The notes below the pieces were generated by a model, which saw nothing but the letters and a program-made list of their open reading frames with translations, was not told the DNA's origin and did not search any database. Made by a program: the position numbers and the translations under genes. From a virus (taxonomy: Duplodnaviria > Caudoviricetes), in the IMG/VR virus record IMGVR_UViG_3300049811_000819, positions 1-63,473 of that record: a stretch of 63,473 nt of DNA. One strand, given 5' to 3'. Positions 26,782 through 36,214 of the stretch are shown here, one piece after another. Position 1 is the first letter of the stretch. Each line of letters begins with the position of its first letter.

Positions 26782-26812
26782 ACTATAACTCGCTATTTCT
26801 TGACTTGTCAAG
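26782..26812 (-). promoter_or_regulatory. Promoter/operator copy 2
   Basis: TTGACA-18-TATAGT; CTTGA-CAAG-TCAAG. Confidence 0.75.
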
Positions 26813-26898
26813 TAAAACTATAGAAGTTTTCTCTATAAGTTTCTGAATGATTACTATAGACTATCCTCTATATCTTCCCTGTTATCGAGACTGAGAAA

Positions 26899-27225
26899 AT
26901 GTTAGGAGCCAGATAACACCCCTAAATCCTCTCCCCGTCTAGAATACAAAGATTTGTTATTGATGTTTCGCCGAATCTAGGGGAAAGAAAAAAAAGACAC
27001 AAGTAATCAGACACAACCATAAGAATCGCCCTAGAGACACAAAACCTGATTAAGAGATAGATTCTATCAAGATGACAAGATGGATAGGGATAAAGACGAT
27101 TTTCGAGGAGATAGGTAAAATGAACGACGCAAAAAAGGAAACACGAAAATCACCACAACATCAATAACAAAAGTCTGGAACGTAAGCGAGGAAAGGACTA
27201 GGGAATGTTAGAGAGTAGATAACAT
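26899..27225. repeat. Non-coding inverted-arm element B, in opposite orientation to A
   Basis: GATTTGTTATTGATGTTTCGCCGAATCTAGGGGAAA matches the reverse complement of about 4647-4682. Confidence 0.78.
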
Positions 27226-27315
27226 TAAAGAAGATCAGATAACATTTTTCTTTCTCTCTCCCTTGTCTCCCTTACTGTCTTACGCCTTGCTACAGACATA
27301 CTACAAGGACGACAC

Positions 27316-27348
27316 AAAAAACCGCTAGAGCATATCTAGCGGTTTTTT
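27316..27348. terminator. Bidirectional intrinsic terminator
   Basis: AAAAAACCGCTAGA-gcata-TCTAGCGGTTTTTT. Confidence 0.85.
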
Positions 27349-27381
27349 GGTCAAGGGTTCCACTCGGAACCCCGTGAGAAT

Positions 27382-28353
27382 CTAGTCGATAATCTGATGA
27401 GTGCGAGTTTCGCCCTTACCCTCAGAAACAAGGGTTAATCCGTTCCATTTTATGTAACTTAAATGGTTACGGGCGTTGTGATAAGACCATCCCATCAATT
27501 CTTGCATCTCAGCGACAGTGCGGGGCTGTTCCCGCATGAAGTCGATCAACTTCTGTGGTACCTTCGGGGTTTTGGCGTTCGGGTTATTAACGCGAGACCC
27601 CGGCGCACCGCTACTGCCAGACTTGCGGGCTTTTTTCTCGATGCCTAGCCATAGATCCCATGGCTGAGACTTAAACCATTTAGGATTAAAAAATGCCGCG
27701 TCCATCGTGGACATAATCGCCCCATCTTTGTTGATGGCGTAGTATTTTTCGGTGTCGGTGAATATTCGACAGTCCATGTTTACGAGGTTAGTGTCAAACC
27801 ACAGATTTAATCCTTTCGACTCTAACCACTCCTCGGTAGTAGGGACGTGGATCGGGGTATTGAATTCGATCCATTCCCCATAAGAGATAGTTTTGGTTTT
27901 GACTCCCAACGACTCCCAGACGTTAGCAGGAATTGTCGCAATGGGATTGCACTCGGTATCCACAAGCCGAATCGTATCCGGGTCACACCGGTAAACCACG
28001 ACTTGATATTTTTTATCAGGTGTGACATTAACCTCCATATCCCCCATATCGATGGGGTGATCGACGGTCACCGTTCCCCGGTTAGTTGATTCGATTTCTA
28101 GTTCGCTATCAGTTTCAATTTCTTCCTCAATTTCTTCAGTTACTTCCAATTCTTTCACTTCCTCAATTTCTTCCTCAATTTCAGCCACATTGACTAGATT
28201 CGCTTCTATCCAATCAACAATAGAATTGCGAAGTTTGTCTTTAGAAATCCCTACTACCTTGATTCCCGCTTCATGAACAGTATTTAATTCTTTAGCTACA
28301 GACTGTAATTCGGCAAATACTTGACAGTTTTGGATGGTTTCGATAGTAATCAT
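27382..28353 (-). CDS. Acidic hypothetical protein with a C-terminal winged HTH
   Basis: PRTVAEMQELMGWSYHNARNHLS. Confidence 0.65.
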   Translation of the reverse strand: MITIETIQNCQVFAELQSVAKELNTVHEAGIKVVGISKDKLRNSIVDWIEANLVNVAEIEEEIEEVKELEVTEEIEEEIETDSELEIESTNRGTVTVDHPIDMGDMEVNVTPDKKYQVVVYRCDPDTIRLVDTECNPIATIPANVWESLGVKTKTISYGEWIEFNTPIHVPTTEEWLESKGLNLWFDTNLVNMDCRIFTDTEKYYAINKDGAIMSTMDAAFFNPKWFKSQPWDLWLGIEKKARKSGSSGAPGSRVNNPNAKTPKVPQKLIDFMREQPRTVAEMQELMGWSYHNARNHLSYIKWNGLTLVSEGKGETRTHQIID

Positions 28354-28410
28354 GGTCGTTTTCTTTTTTGTGATGTTTTATTCGGGGCTTGTTTCGTTCC
28401 CCATGACTTA

Positions 28411-28440
28411 AGAATGCCGCTCATTTCTTGAATTGTCAAC
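28411..28440 (-). promoter_or_regulatory. Promoter/operator copy 3
   Basis: TTGACA-17-CATTCT; GTTGA-CAAT-TCAAG. Confidence 0.68.
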
Positions 28441-28585
28441 TAATACAAGCGCACTCCCCCAAAATCTTAAAATACTTGCCTAGCAAGTATTCTGTCGATT
28501 CTCGCAAAAAACTCTCAGAAAAATTCTTGAAACTTTTTTCTGAGAGTTTTCTCAATGCCCATCATAGACAAGTATCAATGAAGGT

Positions 28586-29605
28586 CTATAGCTGATACCT
28601 CTGTACTAAGTCATCCCGTACTCCGATTAAGATCACTCGCTCCCGGGATTGAGGCACACCATAGTATTTAGCATTTAGGACTTGCCCCCTGACTTTGTAG
28701 CCACAGGATCGCAATTCGCTATATATATCGAGAGCGACTCGCTTCATGTGTCCTCGGATCATACCGGGTACATTCTCCGCCACGAACGCTTTTGGTTTGA
28801 ATCCTTGCAGAAAACGACAATACTCCCTAAATAGCTGATTGCGATCATCATGTAGGTTGCGTTTGCCTGCCACAGAAAATCCCTGACAGGGCGGGGACCC
28901 TGTAAGTAAATCGAGATCGCCGAGACTGATTCCCGATAAAGCGATCGCTTTTTCTAGGGAAAGTTTTGCTATATCCCCGTGATAGAGTGGTACCTCAGGG
29001 AAGTTTGCCCGGTAGGTTGTGGCAGATTGATCATTCCATTCCACAGCTAGGCGCTCATCGAACCCTGCTAGTTTTAATCCGAGAGATGAACCGCCACACC
29101 CCGAAAAAGTATCAATCACAGTCGGGCGATCGGTGTTTTCAAGGAATGGGGAATTTTTCAAGTTTTCAGCGATCGCTTTCATTAATAGGGGCGGGACTGA
29201 ATTCCCAATCCTCTCGATCACATTTTTAAATCCGAGTGATTCAGGAAACACGAAATCATCGGGGAAACTTCCGAGTCTTTTTAATTCCACCTCATTAATA
29301 AATCGCTCACCATTGGGGTGGATTATGCCGGTTGTTCCCCAATGAGAAGATTTAATAATAGTGCAGGATTCTCTGTTCCAAGATAGTCGGATTAGACTCA
29401 TAAAACCGCCCGTTTTGCCGTTGTTATACTTAGCGATTATTGGTTTTATCTTGTCACTAGCAAAATCCCCCGGCGTTATCTCTAGGGCGACTTTTTGGAC
29501 ATATTCACGCATGGCAATCGGACAAGGTTCGTTCTCGTCTAATCCCTTAAAGGCTTCTCGTACTGTGATCGGTTTTGTTTGCGGTTTTGGGTGAAAGTTC
29601 CACAT
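28586..29605 (-). CDS. Orphan C5-cytosine DNA methyltransferase, circularly permuted
   Basis: Order is TRD, IX (ELKRLGSFPD), X (IGNSVPP), I (FSGCGG), IV (SPPCQGFS), VI (ENV), VIII (PQSRER). Confidence 0.92.
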   Translation of the reverse strand: MWNFHPKPQTKPITVREAFKGLDENEPCPIAMREYVQKVALEITPGDFASDKIKPIIAKYNNGKTGGFMSLIRLSWNRESCTIIKSSHWGTTGIIHPNGERFINEVELKRLGSFPDDFVFPESLGFKNVIERIGNSVPPLLMKAIAENLKNSPFLENTDRPTVIDTFSGCGGSSLGLKLAGFDERLAVEWNDQSATTYRANFPEVPLYHGDIAKLSLEKAIALSGISLGDLDLLTGSPPCQGFSVAGKRNLHDDRNQLFREYCRFLQGFKPKAFVAENVPGMIRGHMKRVALDIYSELRSCGYKVRGQVLNAKYYGVPQSRERVILIGVRDDLVQRYQL

Positions 29606-29608
29606 AAA

Positions 29609-30214
29609 TCACCATTTAAACCCACAATTAGGACACTCGTGCTTAGTTTCTCCTAAACTTTCCTCATCTATATCTTGATTATCGCCGGGGATTCCTTCAT
29701 CACTTTCCTCTCCCATATTCAAGGCGGTAAGAATTGAACTTAAATCCCCGATCGCTCCTAAATCCTCACCCTCGCTATCGAGATATTCTGCTTGCTCTAA
29801 CAGTAAATCGTGATCAAATAATTTCAGTTCATCGATAAGCTCAAGCCCTGCGCCGTGAATCGTCGAATGATTGTGCAAAATAGAGTATTTTACAGCTTTT
29901 CCCTCACTTTCAGCCTCTACTCCTATCAAAACAGGTACCAGCCATTCGCCATCTTTATCGGTCAAAATTCCCCTTGGTGGTTTAATATTGCGATTTTTGA
30001 TTTTTAATAGAGCGGCACGTCGATCATGCCCTTCTGTAATTCCGCCTTTCCCTCTATTAAGGCTGGGGTCTATTCCAATCGGGTCTTTAAAGCCAAATTC
30101 TAGGATAAGAGCGATTGTGTTCTCAGTAGCGTGCTTTTTGGAATTACTTACAAGGGGAATAAGGTCAGAGAGGCGACGATACTCGATCGCTAATTTATCT
30201 GCTTTATCTGGCAT
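29609..30214 (-). CDS. ParB/Srx-like protein associated with the methyltransferase
   Basis: NSKKH, EFGFKDPI, ITEGHDR; C-terminal CPNCG. Confidence 0.75.
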   Translation of the reverse strand: MPDKADKLAIEYRRLSDLIPLVSNSKKHATENTIALILEFGFKDPIGIDPSLNRGKGGITEGHDRRAALLKIKNRNIKPPRGILTDKDGEWLVPVLIGVEAESEGKAVKYSILHNHSTIHGAGLELIDELKLFDHDLLLEQAEYLDSEGEDLGAIGDLSSILTALNMGEESDEGIPGDNQDIDEESLGETKHECPNCGFKW

Positions 30215-30261
30215 AATTGAATTGTCAAGATTGTAAATAGAAGCACCTATATATTAACCGA

Positions 30262-31020
30262 ATGGTAGTAGCAAAACGCGGCAGAAAAAGAACCTACACA
30301 ATCCATGAGGAAGTTATCGAATTCGTGAGTTATCCCATCTGGGAACAGCAACCCCTCGAAACACCAGACTGGTTTGAAAGATTTCAGACGTGGTATCTTA
30401 CGATTCCTAGCGGGTACAGAACCTTAAATCGAGCGTTTTCTAATTGCGGGGAGGCCGCTGGGGAAACAGTAGAGAAAACAAAATTTAAGCGAGCCAAAAC
30501 TGTTCCAGACGATTGGATACTTGCTTGCAAAAATTATCGATGGGAAGAACGCGCCCGTGCTTACTGGTTAAAAAAAATACAGGAACAAGATGGGCATATC
30601 GACCACGTTTTAACGGAAATTCGCGAGCGAACGCTCAAGATTGCTCTAAAAAGCCTAGACAAAATCGAGGCAATGACGAATTACCCAATTTCTCGCCGGA
30701 CTATAACATCAGTAGATGAACAGGGGAATCCTCTACAGGTTACAATTGAACCTAACGGCAATTGGTCGCATCGAGACGCTTTATCAATGAGCAAAACCTT
30801 GACTGATGTACTCGAAAAAGTCATGGGGTTAGATACTCTTGAATATGCGCTAAATATTGTTCAAAAAAATGGATTAGCAGTTATTGATCCTGACGGGAAA
30901 CTAATCGGCTCTGGAGCAATCGAACCAAGTATCGATGACTTAACGGCAATCATTCGTGATAGTGCAGTGATTGATGAAGATGTTTTAATTCCTACTAAAA
31001 TGGTTGAAGAAGAAGAATGA
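30262..31020 (+). CDS. Putative terminase small subunit
   Basis: WEQQPLET...F..Y and W....RWEERARAY motifs; upstream of terL. Confidence 0.65.
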   Translation: MVVAKRGRKRTYTIHEEVIEFVSYPIWEQQPLETPDWFERFQTWYLTIPSGYRTLNRAFSNCGEAAGETVEKTKFKRAKTVPDDWILACKNYRWEERARAYWLKKIQEQDGHIDHVLTEIRERTLKIALKSLDKIEAMTNYPISRRTITSVDEQGNPLQVTIEPNGNWSHRDALSMSKTLTDVLEKVMGLDTLEYALNIVQKNGLAVIDPDGKLIGSGAIEPSIDDLTAIIRDSAVIDEDVLIPTKMVEEEE

Positions 31021-31337
31021 CTACAGCATCAATAAACAGGTTGGAATTTTACGATGCTTTTCTTGCAGTAGAAATAGCAAGAATAGAAACCGAATTTAAT
31101 TATCAAAATCCTGGACTAGAGCAAGGTTTTGATACCTATGCTGATAATAGTTTTGACTGGCAATTTTTCCCTGTTTACGAAGTAATATTCACGCTAAAAT
31201 CCCGTCAAACACTTTACGAACGAACAAGAAAAGCGATTGAACCGAACCCAATCAAATTTGGAGGTTTTGCTGTTCCTTTGATGCGTTTTGAAACTCTTGA
31301 AAAACAATGGGGGTATCCTAATGCTCAACTCGATTAA
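31017..31337 (+). CDS. Hypothetical protein
   Basis: ATGA coupling to the upstream gene. Confidence 0.55.
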   Translation: MTTASINRLEFYDAFLAVEIARIETEFNYQNPGLEQGFDTYADNSFDWQFFPVYEVIFTLKSRQTLYERTRKAIEPNPIKFGGFAVPLMRFETLEKQWGYPNAQLD

Positions 31338-31590
31338 AGGTTTACTTGATCGCTGGCATGATCGTGATACATATTTCCCCGAAAGTCTTGTAATAACAAT
31401 ACTTAGAAATCGAGGACTATCTAGTCACCTTGAGATATTTAATAGGCTAAAAACTAGACAATGGCCAATACGCCGTCCCGAAACAGTCAAAAAACACCTT
31501 GATCGTATGGTGTTCGAGGGTAAACTACAATCAAGAAAAACAAACCGATTTACCTATTATGAAATTGTAAGAAATAATGAAATTTCGTAG
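31288..31590 (+). CDS. Small winged-HTH-like protein
   Basis: TVKKHLDRMVFEGKL...YYE. Confidence 0.5.
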   Translation: MKLLKNNGGILMLNSIKGLLDRWHDRDTYFPESLVITILRNRGLSSHLEIFNRLKTRQWPIRRPETVKKHLDRMVFEGKLQSRKTNRFTYYEIVRNNEIS

Positions 31591-31601
31591 CGAGTCAATT
31601 A

Positions 31602-33179
31602 ATGCTAAAAAACAGGCAAAGAATCAGTCCCAAAAATTTACAGCGCATACGGGAAAACAACTCTCGTTATTCGACTAATGTAGATTACAATTATCCTGAG
31701 CCTCAGATAGGAAAACAGACCTTGTTTTTTAATTCTGATGCGGATATTGTCTGGTTTGGCGGGGCGGCCGGAAGCGGGAAATCAAGAAACCTTCTCGCTT
31801 ATTGCGCGCGAGAAGAGTTTATTCGTAACCCTCTTTTTAATGCAGTAATTTTTAGACTTTCCTATAGTCAGATAACGAACCCCGGAGGTTTAGCTGATGA
31901 ATCGCAATTGCTTTATCGAGATTTAGGCGGGAAATTAATTACAAAACCGTTTGATTGGAAATTTCCATCGGGGGCAAAAATATCTTTTCGGTATCTACAG
32001 CATCGAAAAGATATGTTTGCTTGGCAGGGATCGCAGGTAAATTTAATCTGCTGGGATGAATTAACTCATTGGGATGATGGAGGTGAGGCATTTTGGTATT
32101 TACTATCCCGTAACCGATCAATGTCTGGGATTAAGCCAAGAATTCGAGCCACAATGAACCCTGACGCTGACTCTTGGGTAGCTGATATGATCCGATGGTG
32201 GATCAACCCACAAACTGGCTATCCAATCGAGGAAAGATGTGGAATAATTCGATATTTTGTTCGATCGGCGGGGCAATTAATATGGGGTGATAGTGAAGAA
32301 GAACTGATTGCCCGATTCCCAAAATCCAATCCAAAAAGTTTTACTTTTATTAATGCCACAATTTACGATAATCCGATCTTCTTAAAAGCTAACCCCGAAT
32401 ACATTGCGAACCTTGAAGCTCTACACCCGATTGAGCGAGAAAGACTATTACACGGAAATTGGAAGATTAAATATGAGACAGGAACCGTGTTCGATCGCAC
32501 ATGGTTTGAGATATTAGATAATATTCCCGATGACTGGAAATTAATCGGAAAAGTACGATTCTGGGATTTGGCCGCTACAGCAAAAGAAAACGCTGAAAAT
32601 TATCACTGCTACACATCGGGTACTCTTGTCTATAAATACGAGCGAGTTAAAAATACTTTATCCGATGGCACGATTGTCAAGGAATTTGCTTATGTAGTCG
32701 CTGATAATATATGCGAACAGAAAAAAGTCGGTGAAGTCGAATTAATGTTAAAAAACACTGCTGAAATAGACGGGAAAAGCGTAGCAGTTCGATGGGAGAA
32801 AGAAGGTGGGTCAAGCGGTAAGTTCGTAGAGAACACGATTACAAATGTAATACAGGAATATCACCCGAATCACGACGTAGCGGCGATCGCTCCACAAGGG
32901 GATAAATTAACAAGAGCGTTACCTGCGGCGACGGCAGCCAGTAGGGGGCAGGTTTTTATCCTTCGGGATGCTGTCTGGAATACTCGCTTTTTAAATGCTT
33001 GTCAGAGTTTCGATGGGAATAAAAAGCCACCACCGGTTAACGACCTTGTGGATAGTCTTTCTGGTGCGTTCTATTCCCTTGAAAATGAGTTTTTCGGAGG
33101 GGATGACGATGGTGTGATGCCAATTGTGTCACCAGCACCGATTAACGAGTTTAGGGGGGGATTGAAGGGAAGATATTAA
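31602..33179 (+). CDS. terL: Terminase large subunit
   Basis: Walker A GGAAGSGKS, Walker B ICWDE, ATMNP, LLHGNW; nuclease motifs WDLA and DLVDSLS. Confidence 0.95.
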   Translation: MLKNRQRISPKNLQRIRENNSRYSTNVDYNYPEPQIGKQTLFFNSDADIVWFGGAAGSGKSRNLLAYCAREEFIRNPLFNAVIFRLSYSQITNPGGLADESQLLYRDLGGKLITKPFDWKFPSGAKISFRYLQHRKDMFAWQGSQVNLICWDELTHWDDGGEAFWYLLSRNRSMSGIKPRIRATMNPDADSWVADMIRWWINPQTGYPIEERCGIIRYFVRSAGQLIWGDSEEELIARFPKSNPKSFTFINATIYDNPIFLKANPEYIANLEALHPIERERLLHGNWKIKYETGTVFDRTWFEILDNIPDDWKLIGKVRFWDLAATAKENAENYHCYTSGTLVYKYERVKNTLSDGTIVKEFAYVVADNICEQKKVGEVELMLKNTAEIDGKSVAVRWEKEGGSSGKFVENTITNVIQEYHPNHDVAAIAPQGDKLTRALPAATAASRGQVFILRDAVWNTRFLNACQSFDGNKKPPPVNDLVDSLSGAFYSLENEFFGGDDDGVMPIVSPAPINEFRGGLKGRY

Positions 33180-33312
33180 AAAAGGGACTAAAGAATTTCT
33201 CTAGTCCCTAATTTGTACAAATAGATCAACTTACCTAAGCTTTCTAGCCACAAGATAAGGTTTATCCCTTCATTGTAAGACAAGTCAGCCCCTTGACAAA
33301 AACTTCTAGGGC

Positions 33313-34212
33313 TTGACACTCCCGTCGTCTCGAAGGGGTTGCACCAGAGAACAAAAAATCGGCTTGCTAGTTGTAGATTCCCGTTTGATCGCCGGTGAGC
33401 TAGGGATCGAGCATCGTGGATTACGTCAGACAGTCGAGAAGTATTTGAACGAGTTACAAGAGTTCGGGACGATAACATTTCAAATGTCATCGTCACGGAT
33501 GCCGGATGGACGCATTAACCCGAAACCTGAGCGCTATTGTTTCCTCAACGAAGATCAGGCGACCTTCCTGATGACGCTTTCCCGCAACACTCCCCAAGTA
33601 GTCGCTTGTAAGCAAAACCTAGTCAAGGCGTTCTCAAAGGCTAAAGAGTTAATCAAAGAAGTCAACCCTGCAAAAAGCGATCGGGAATTAGAGATCGAAA
33701 AAATCCGGGCGATCACCGAAAACGTCTATGCGATAAGCAAAACCGACGTTGAGAAAATGCGGGAACTCAAAAATTTCTCCCCTCCTACCCAAGTCGAATA
33801 CTATCGCCTAGAACAAGAACGAGTAAAAGAGCAGGCGGAACGTGCCAAGACAGAGGCTGAACAGCTTCGGTTAGAGCGTTCCAAAATAGTCCACTCCCCG
33901 AAAAAAGAAACCCTGTACCCTGTAGGAACTACTCTACTCACCCCGGAACAGCTAAAAGACAAGCTAATTACCGACATGGCCGCCTACATCGACAAAATGG
34001 TCAACGAAAAAGGAATCAAGCCGAAAATACGGGATTTACAGCAGAAATTCCAGTCCCGCAAGGTTCCCGATGATAATGGCAAGCTTGTCAGAATTAATGC
34101 GAATATTTTGCGATCGCTCCTACCGGAAGCTTTAGAGCGATGCGAATGCGATCGAGAAAATGTTCTGTTGGGATTACCCCTAAACCGAGTCAGAGTCTCT
34201 CGAACCCACTAG
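33313..34212 (+). CDS. Rha-family antirepressor-like protein; start uncertain, possibly 5'-truncated
   Basis: VVDSRLIAGELGIEH...LNEDQATFLMTLSRN...KQNLVKAF. Confidence 0.8.
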   Translation: MTLPSSRRGCTREQKIGLLVVDSRLIAGELGIEHRGLRQTVEKYLNELQEFGTITFQMSSSRMPDGRINPKPERYCFLNEDQATFLMTLSRNTPQVVACKQNLVKAFSKAKELIKEVNPAKSDRELEIEKIRAITENVYAISKTDVEKMRELKNFSPPTQVEYYRLEQERVKEQAERAKTEAEQLRLERSKIVHSPKKETLYPVGTTLLTPEQLKDKLITDMAAYIDKMVNEKGIKPKIRDLQQKFQSRKVPDDNGKLVRINANILRSLLPEALERCECDRENVLLGLPLNRVRVSRTH

Positions 34213-34291
34213 AAACTTTCAGTTTAAAATAGTGATGCCCCCGATCGCTTCGGGGGACTAACCAATTCAACCTAAAAGGCAGGTCAAAATG
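34211..34291 (+). promoter_or_regulatory. Antirepressor promoter and two-hairpin leader (copy 1)
   Basis: GAAACTTT..TAAAAT; GCCCCCGA-TCGCT-TCGGGGG-ACTAACCA; ACCT-AAAAGGC-AGGT; ATG. Confidence 0.75.
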
Positions 34292-35053
34292 GCTAACTCA
34301 AGTTTAGCAGTTTTCGAGTTTCAGTCTAATTCCGTCCGAATTCTCTCAATCGATAATGAGCCGTGGTTTGTGGCGCGGGATGTTTGCAATGTACTTGGTA
34401 TTTTAAATGTTTCGCAAGCTCTTGCGCGATTAGATGGGGACGAAAAGCGTCTTGTGAATAGCGAAGGGGGTATCATTTCAAATGATGATCCAGACGTAAC
34501 AAGGCTTCTAGCTGTTAACGAGTCTGGTATGTACTCCCTTGTACTATCGTCCCGCAAGTCAGAAGCACGGGCTTTCAAAAAATGGATCACTTCAGAAGTC
34601 CTCCCCTCAATCCGAAAAACGGGAGGATATGTGCAACAGGAGTTGTCGGAAACTGAAAAACTGAGGATTAAGCTAGAAAACGCAAAAATCGAGCTAGAAA
34701 TTGCAAAACTGCGGCTAGAAACGACGAAAGTAGATGTAGAGCGAGAGCGTTTTGCGTTGGAATCGAAACAACTAAGTGAGCCAATCCCTCAATTTTCGGA
34801 GATTCCTGTCGCTAATGCGTATAGCTCCAATGCGGCTAATACTATCCAGCGAGCAAAGCTAATCAACGCAATCGCCGCATACATGGACAAATGCGAGCGA
34901 GAACACAAACGGATTCCTGATATTCGGAATTTGCACCAACGATTTCAGCGATGGATTTTGATAACCGACGATGGCAATCCAATTCGGGTCAATTCTGGCA
35001 TACTTAAAAATTTGATGCCAGAAGTCAACGCTTGTCGTGCCGAGCGTCATTAG
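34289..35053 (+). CDS. Bro-N domain antirepressor-like protein
   Basis: EPWFVARDVC, NESGMYSLVLSSRKSEARAFKKWITSEVLPSIRKTG. Confidence 0.92.
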   Translation: MANSSLAVFEFQSNSVRILSIDNEPWFVARDVCNVLGILNVSQALARLDGDEKRLVNSEGGIISNDDPDVTRLLAVNESGMYSLVLSSRKSEARAFKKWITSEVLPSIRKTGGYVQQELSETEKLRIKLENAKIELEIAKLRLETTKVDVERERFALESKQLSEPIPQFSEIPVANAYSSNAANTIQRAKLINAIAAYMDKCEREHKRIPDIRNLHQRFQRWILITDDGNPIRVNSGILKNLMPEVNACRAERH

Positions 35054-35126
35054 CGATCGCTCCTACCAGAAACTCTAGAACGCTCTAAAGTCTCTCGAAC
35101 CCACTAAAACGATTAATCCTACGTCC

Positions 35127-35158
35127 ATCCCCCTAGAGAAGCTTCTAGGGGGATTTTT
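35127..35158 (+). terminator. Intrinsic terminator
   Basis: ATCCCCCTAGA-gaagct-TCTAGGGGGAT followed by TTTT. Confidence 0.75.
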
Positions 35159-35249
35159 AGTGCGATGTAGGGGATGTGGAACCGGGGAGGGATTGGGGGG
35201 GGTAGGGACGGGATAGGGACAAGGATAGGGGGATGTTAAAACGTTAGAG

Positions 35250-35678
35250 CGATGTTAGGGAGTAAATAACGTAGGAAAAAGATATATATGTCAATACTTC
35301 TAACCTTTTTGTTAGTATGTTTCACTTTTTTACCCACTTACTCTTTTTTGGTTCAACCCCCCTACTTTTACTGCTGACCTTGCTAATTTTTCTAGCGAGT
35401 AGTACAAGTATTCTATGTTAAAGATTTTGACTCGATGTTAGGGAGTAAATAACATAGAGAAAAGATATATATATCAATACTTCTAACCTTTTTGTTAGTA
35501 TGTTTCACTTTTTTACCCACTTACTTTTTCCCGATCCAATTTCCTATCTTTCCACGGATGACCTTGCTCTATCCCCTCCCTTTTTTTCCTTCCCCTATGA
35601 TCCTTGAAACATTCATAACAAATTTCTACAGACTAGACAGGGTAAGCGTTTCAGGATGTTATCTGATACCCTAACATC
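35250..35678. repeat. Non-coding inverted-arm element C with a duplicated left arm
   Basis: Direct repeat of about 92 bp at 35250 and 35433; inverted arm at 35606-35678 closely matches 4664-4737. Confidence 0.85.
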
Positions 35679-35708
35679 CTCGAACACCTCGACATAGCGA
35701 TCGCAATT

Positions 35709-35793
35709 CTGATATATTACATATACTACGAATGTAACATATCTTATCGCTTATAGTAGAGTCTGATGTATTACATATACTACTTATGTAACA
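35709..35793. repeat. Two 31-bp direct repeats, each palindromic
   Basis: CTGAT(A/G)TATTACATATACTAC(GA/TT)ATGTAACA at 35709 and 35763. Confidence 0.8.
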
Positions 35794-36142
35794 CAACCCC
35801 CTTTTTTCGTCTGTTTTGACTAACTATATAGGTAGCCCTAACATCAATAACACTTTCTGAAAGTCTTACTGGGAGAGGATTTAGGTGTTGGATTTATCAA
35901 TGACACCCCTCGAACACCCTAACATCCCTCTAGCCCAAAACACAGCCCCCATCTAAATCCAAGAATTTAGATGGGGGCATCGGGAAACGCGGTTCTAAAG
36001 GTGGTGACAAAAATTTTGAAAACCCCTCTGAAACCGAGACACAGCAAGGATTAGAAGGTGTTCGTATCTCACTTTTTGAAAAATCGGCTGAAAAGGAAGG
36101 GGTACGTTATTGTCGTACCCCTTGAGGCATCGGGAAACGCGC

Positions 36143-36214
36143 TAGAATACTTGTATCGCCCTCTAGTTCTCGCTAGAGGGACTAAACAATAAGCCTAAAC
36201 AGGAGGCACTAATG
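36143..36214 (+). promoter_or_regulatory. Antirepressor promoter and two-hairpin leader (copy 2)
   Basis: TAGAAT; GCCCTCTAG-TTCTCG-CTAGAGGG-ACTAAACA; GCCT-AAACAGG-AGGC; ATG. Confidence 0.78.

Noticed and set aside
29603-29611. Stop-codon readthrough fusing the ParB-like protein and the MTase
   Set aside because: The upstream protein ends in a natural-looking CPNCGFKW motif and the MTase has its own ATG; the shared frame has a one-in-three chance.
35763-35793. Canonical XerC/D dif site or NtcA box
   Set aside because: The symmetry gives a 7-bp spacer rather than the 11-6-11 dif layout, and GTA...TAC is spaced N7 rather than N8.
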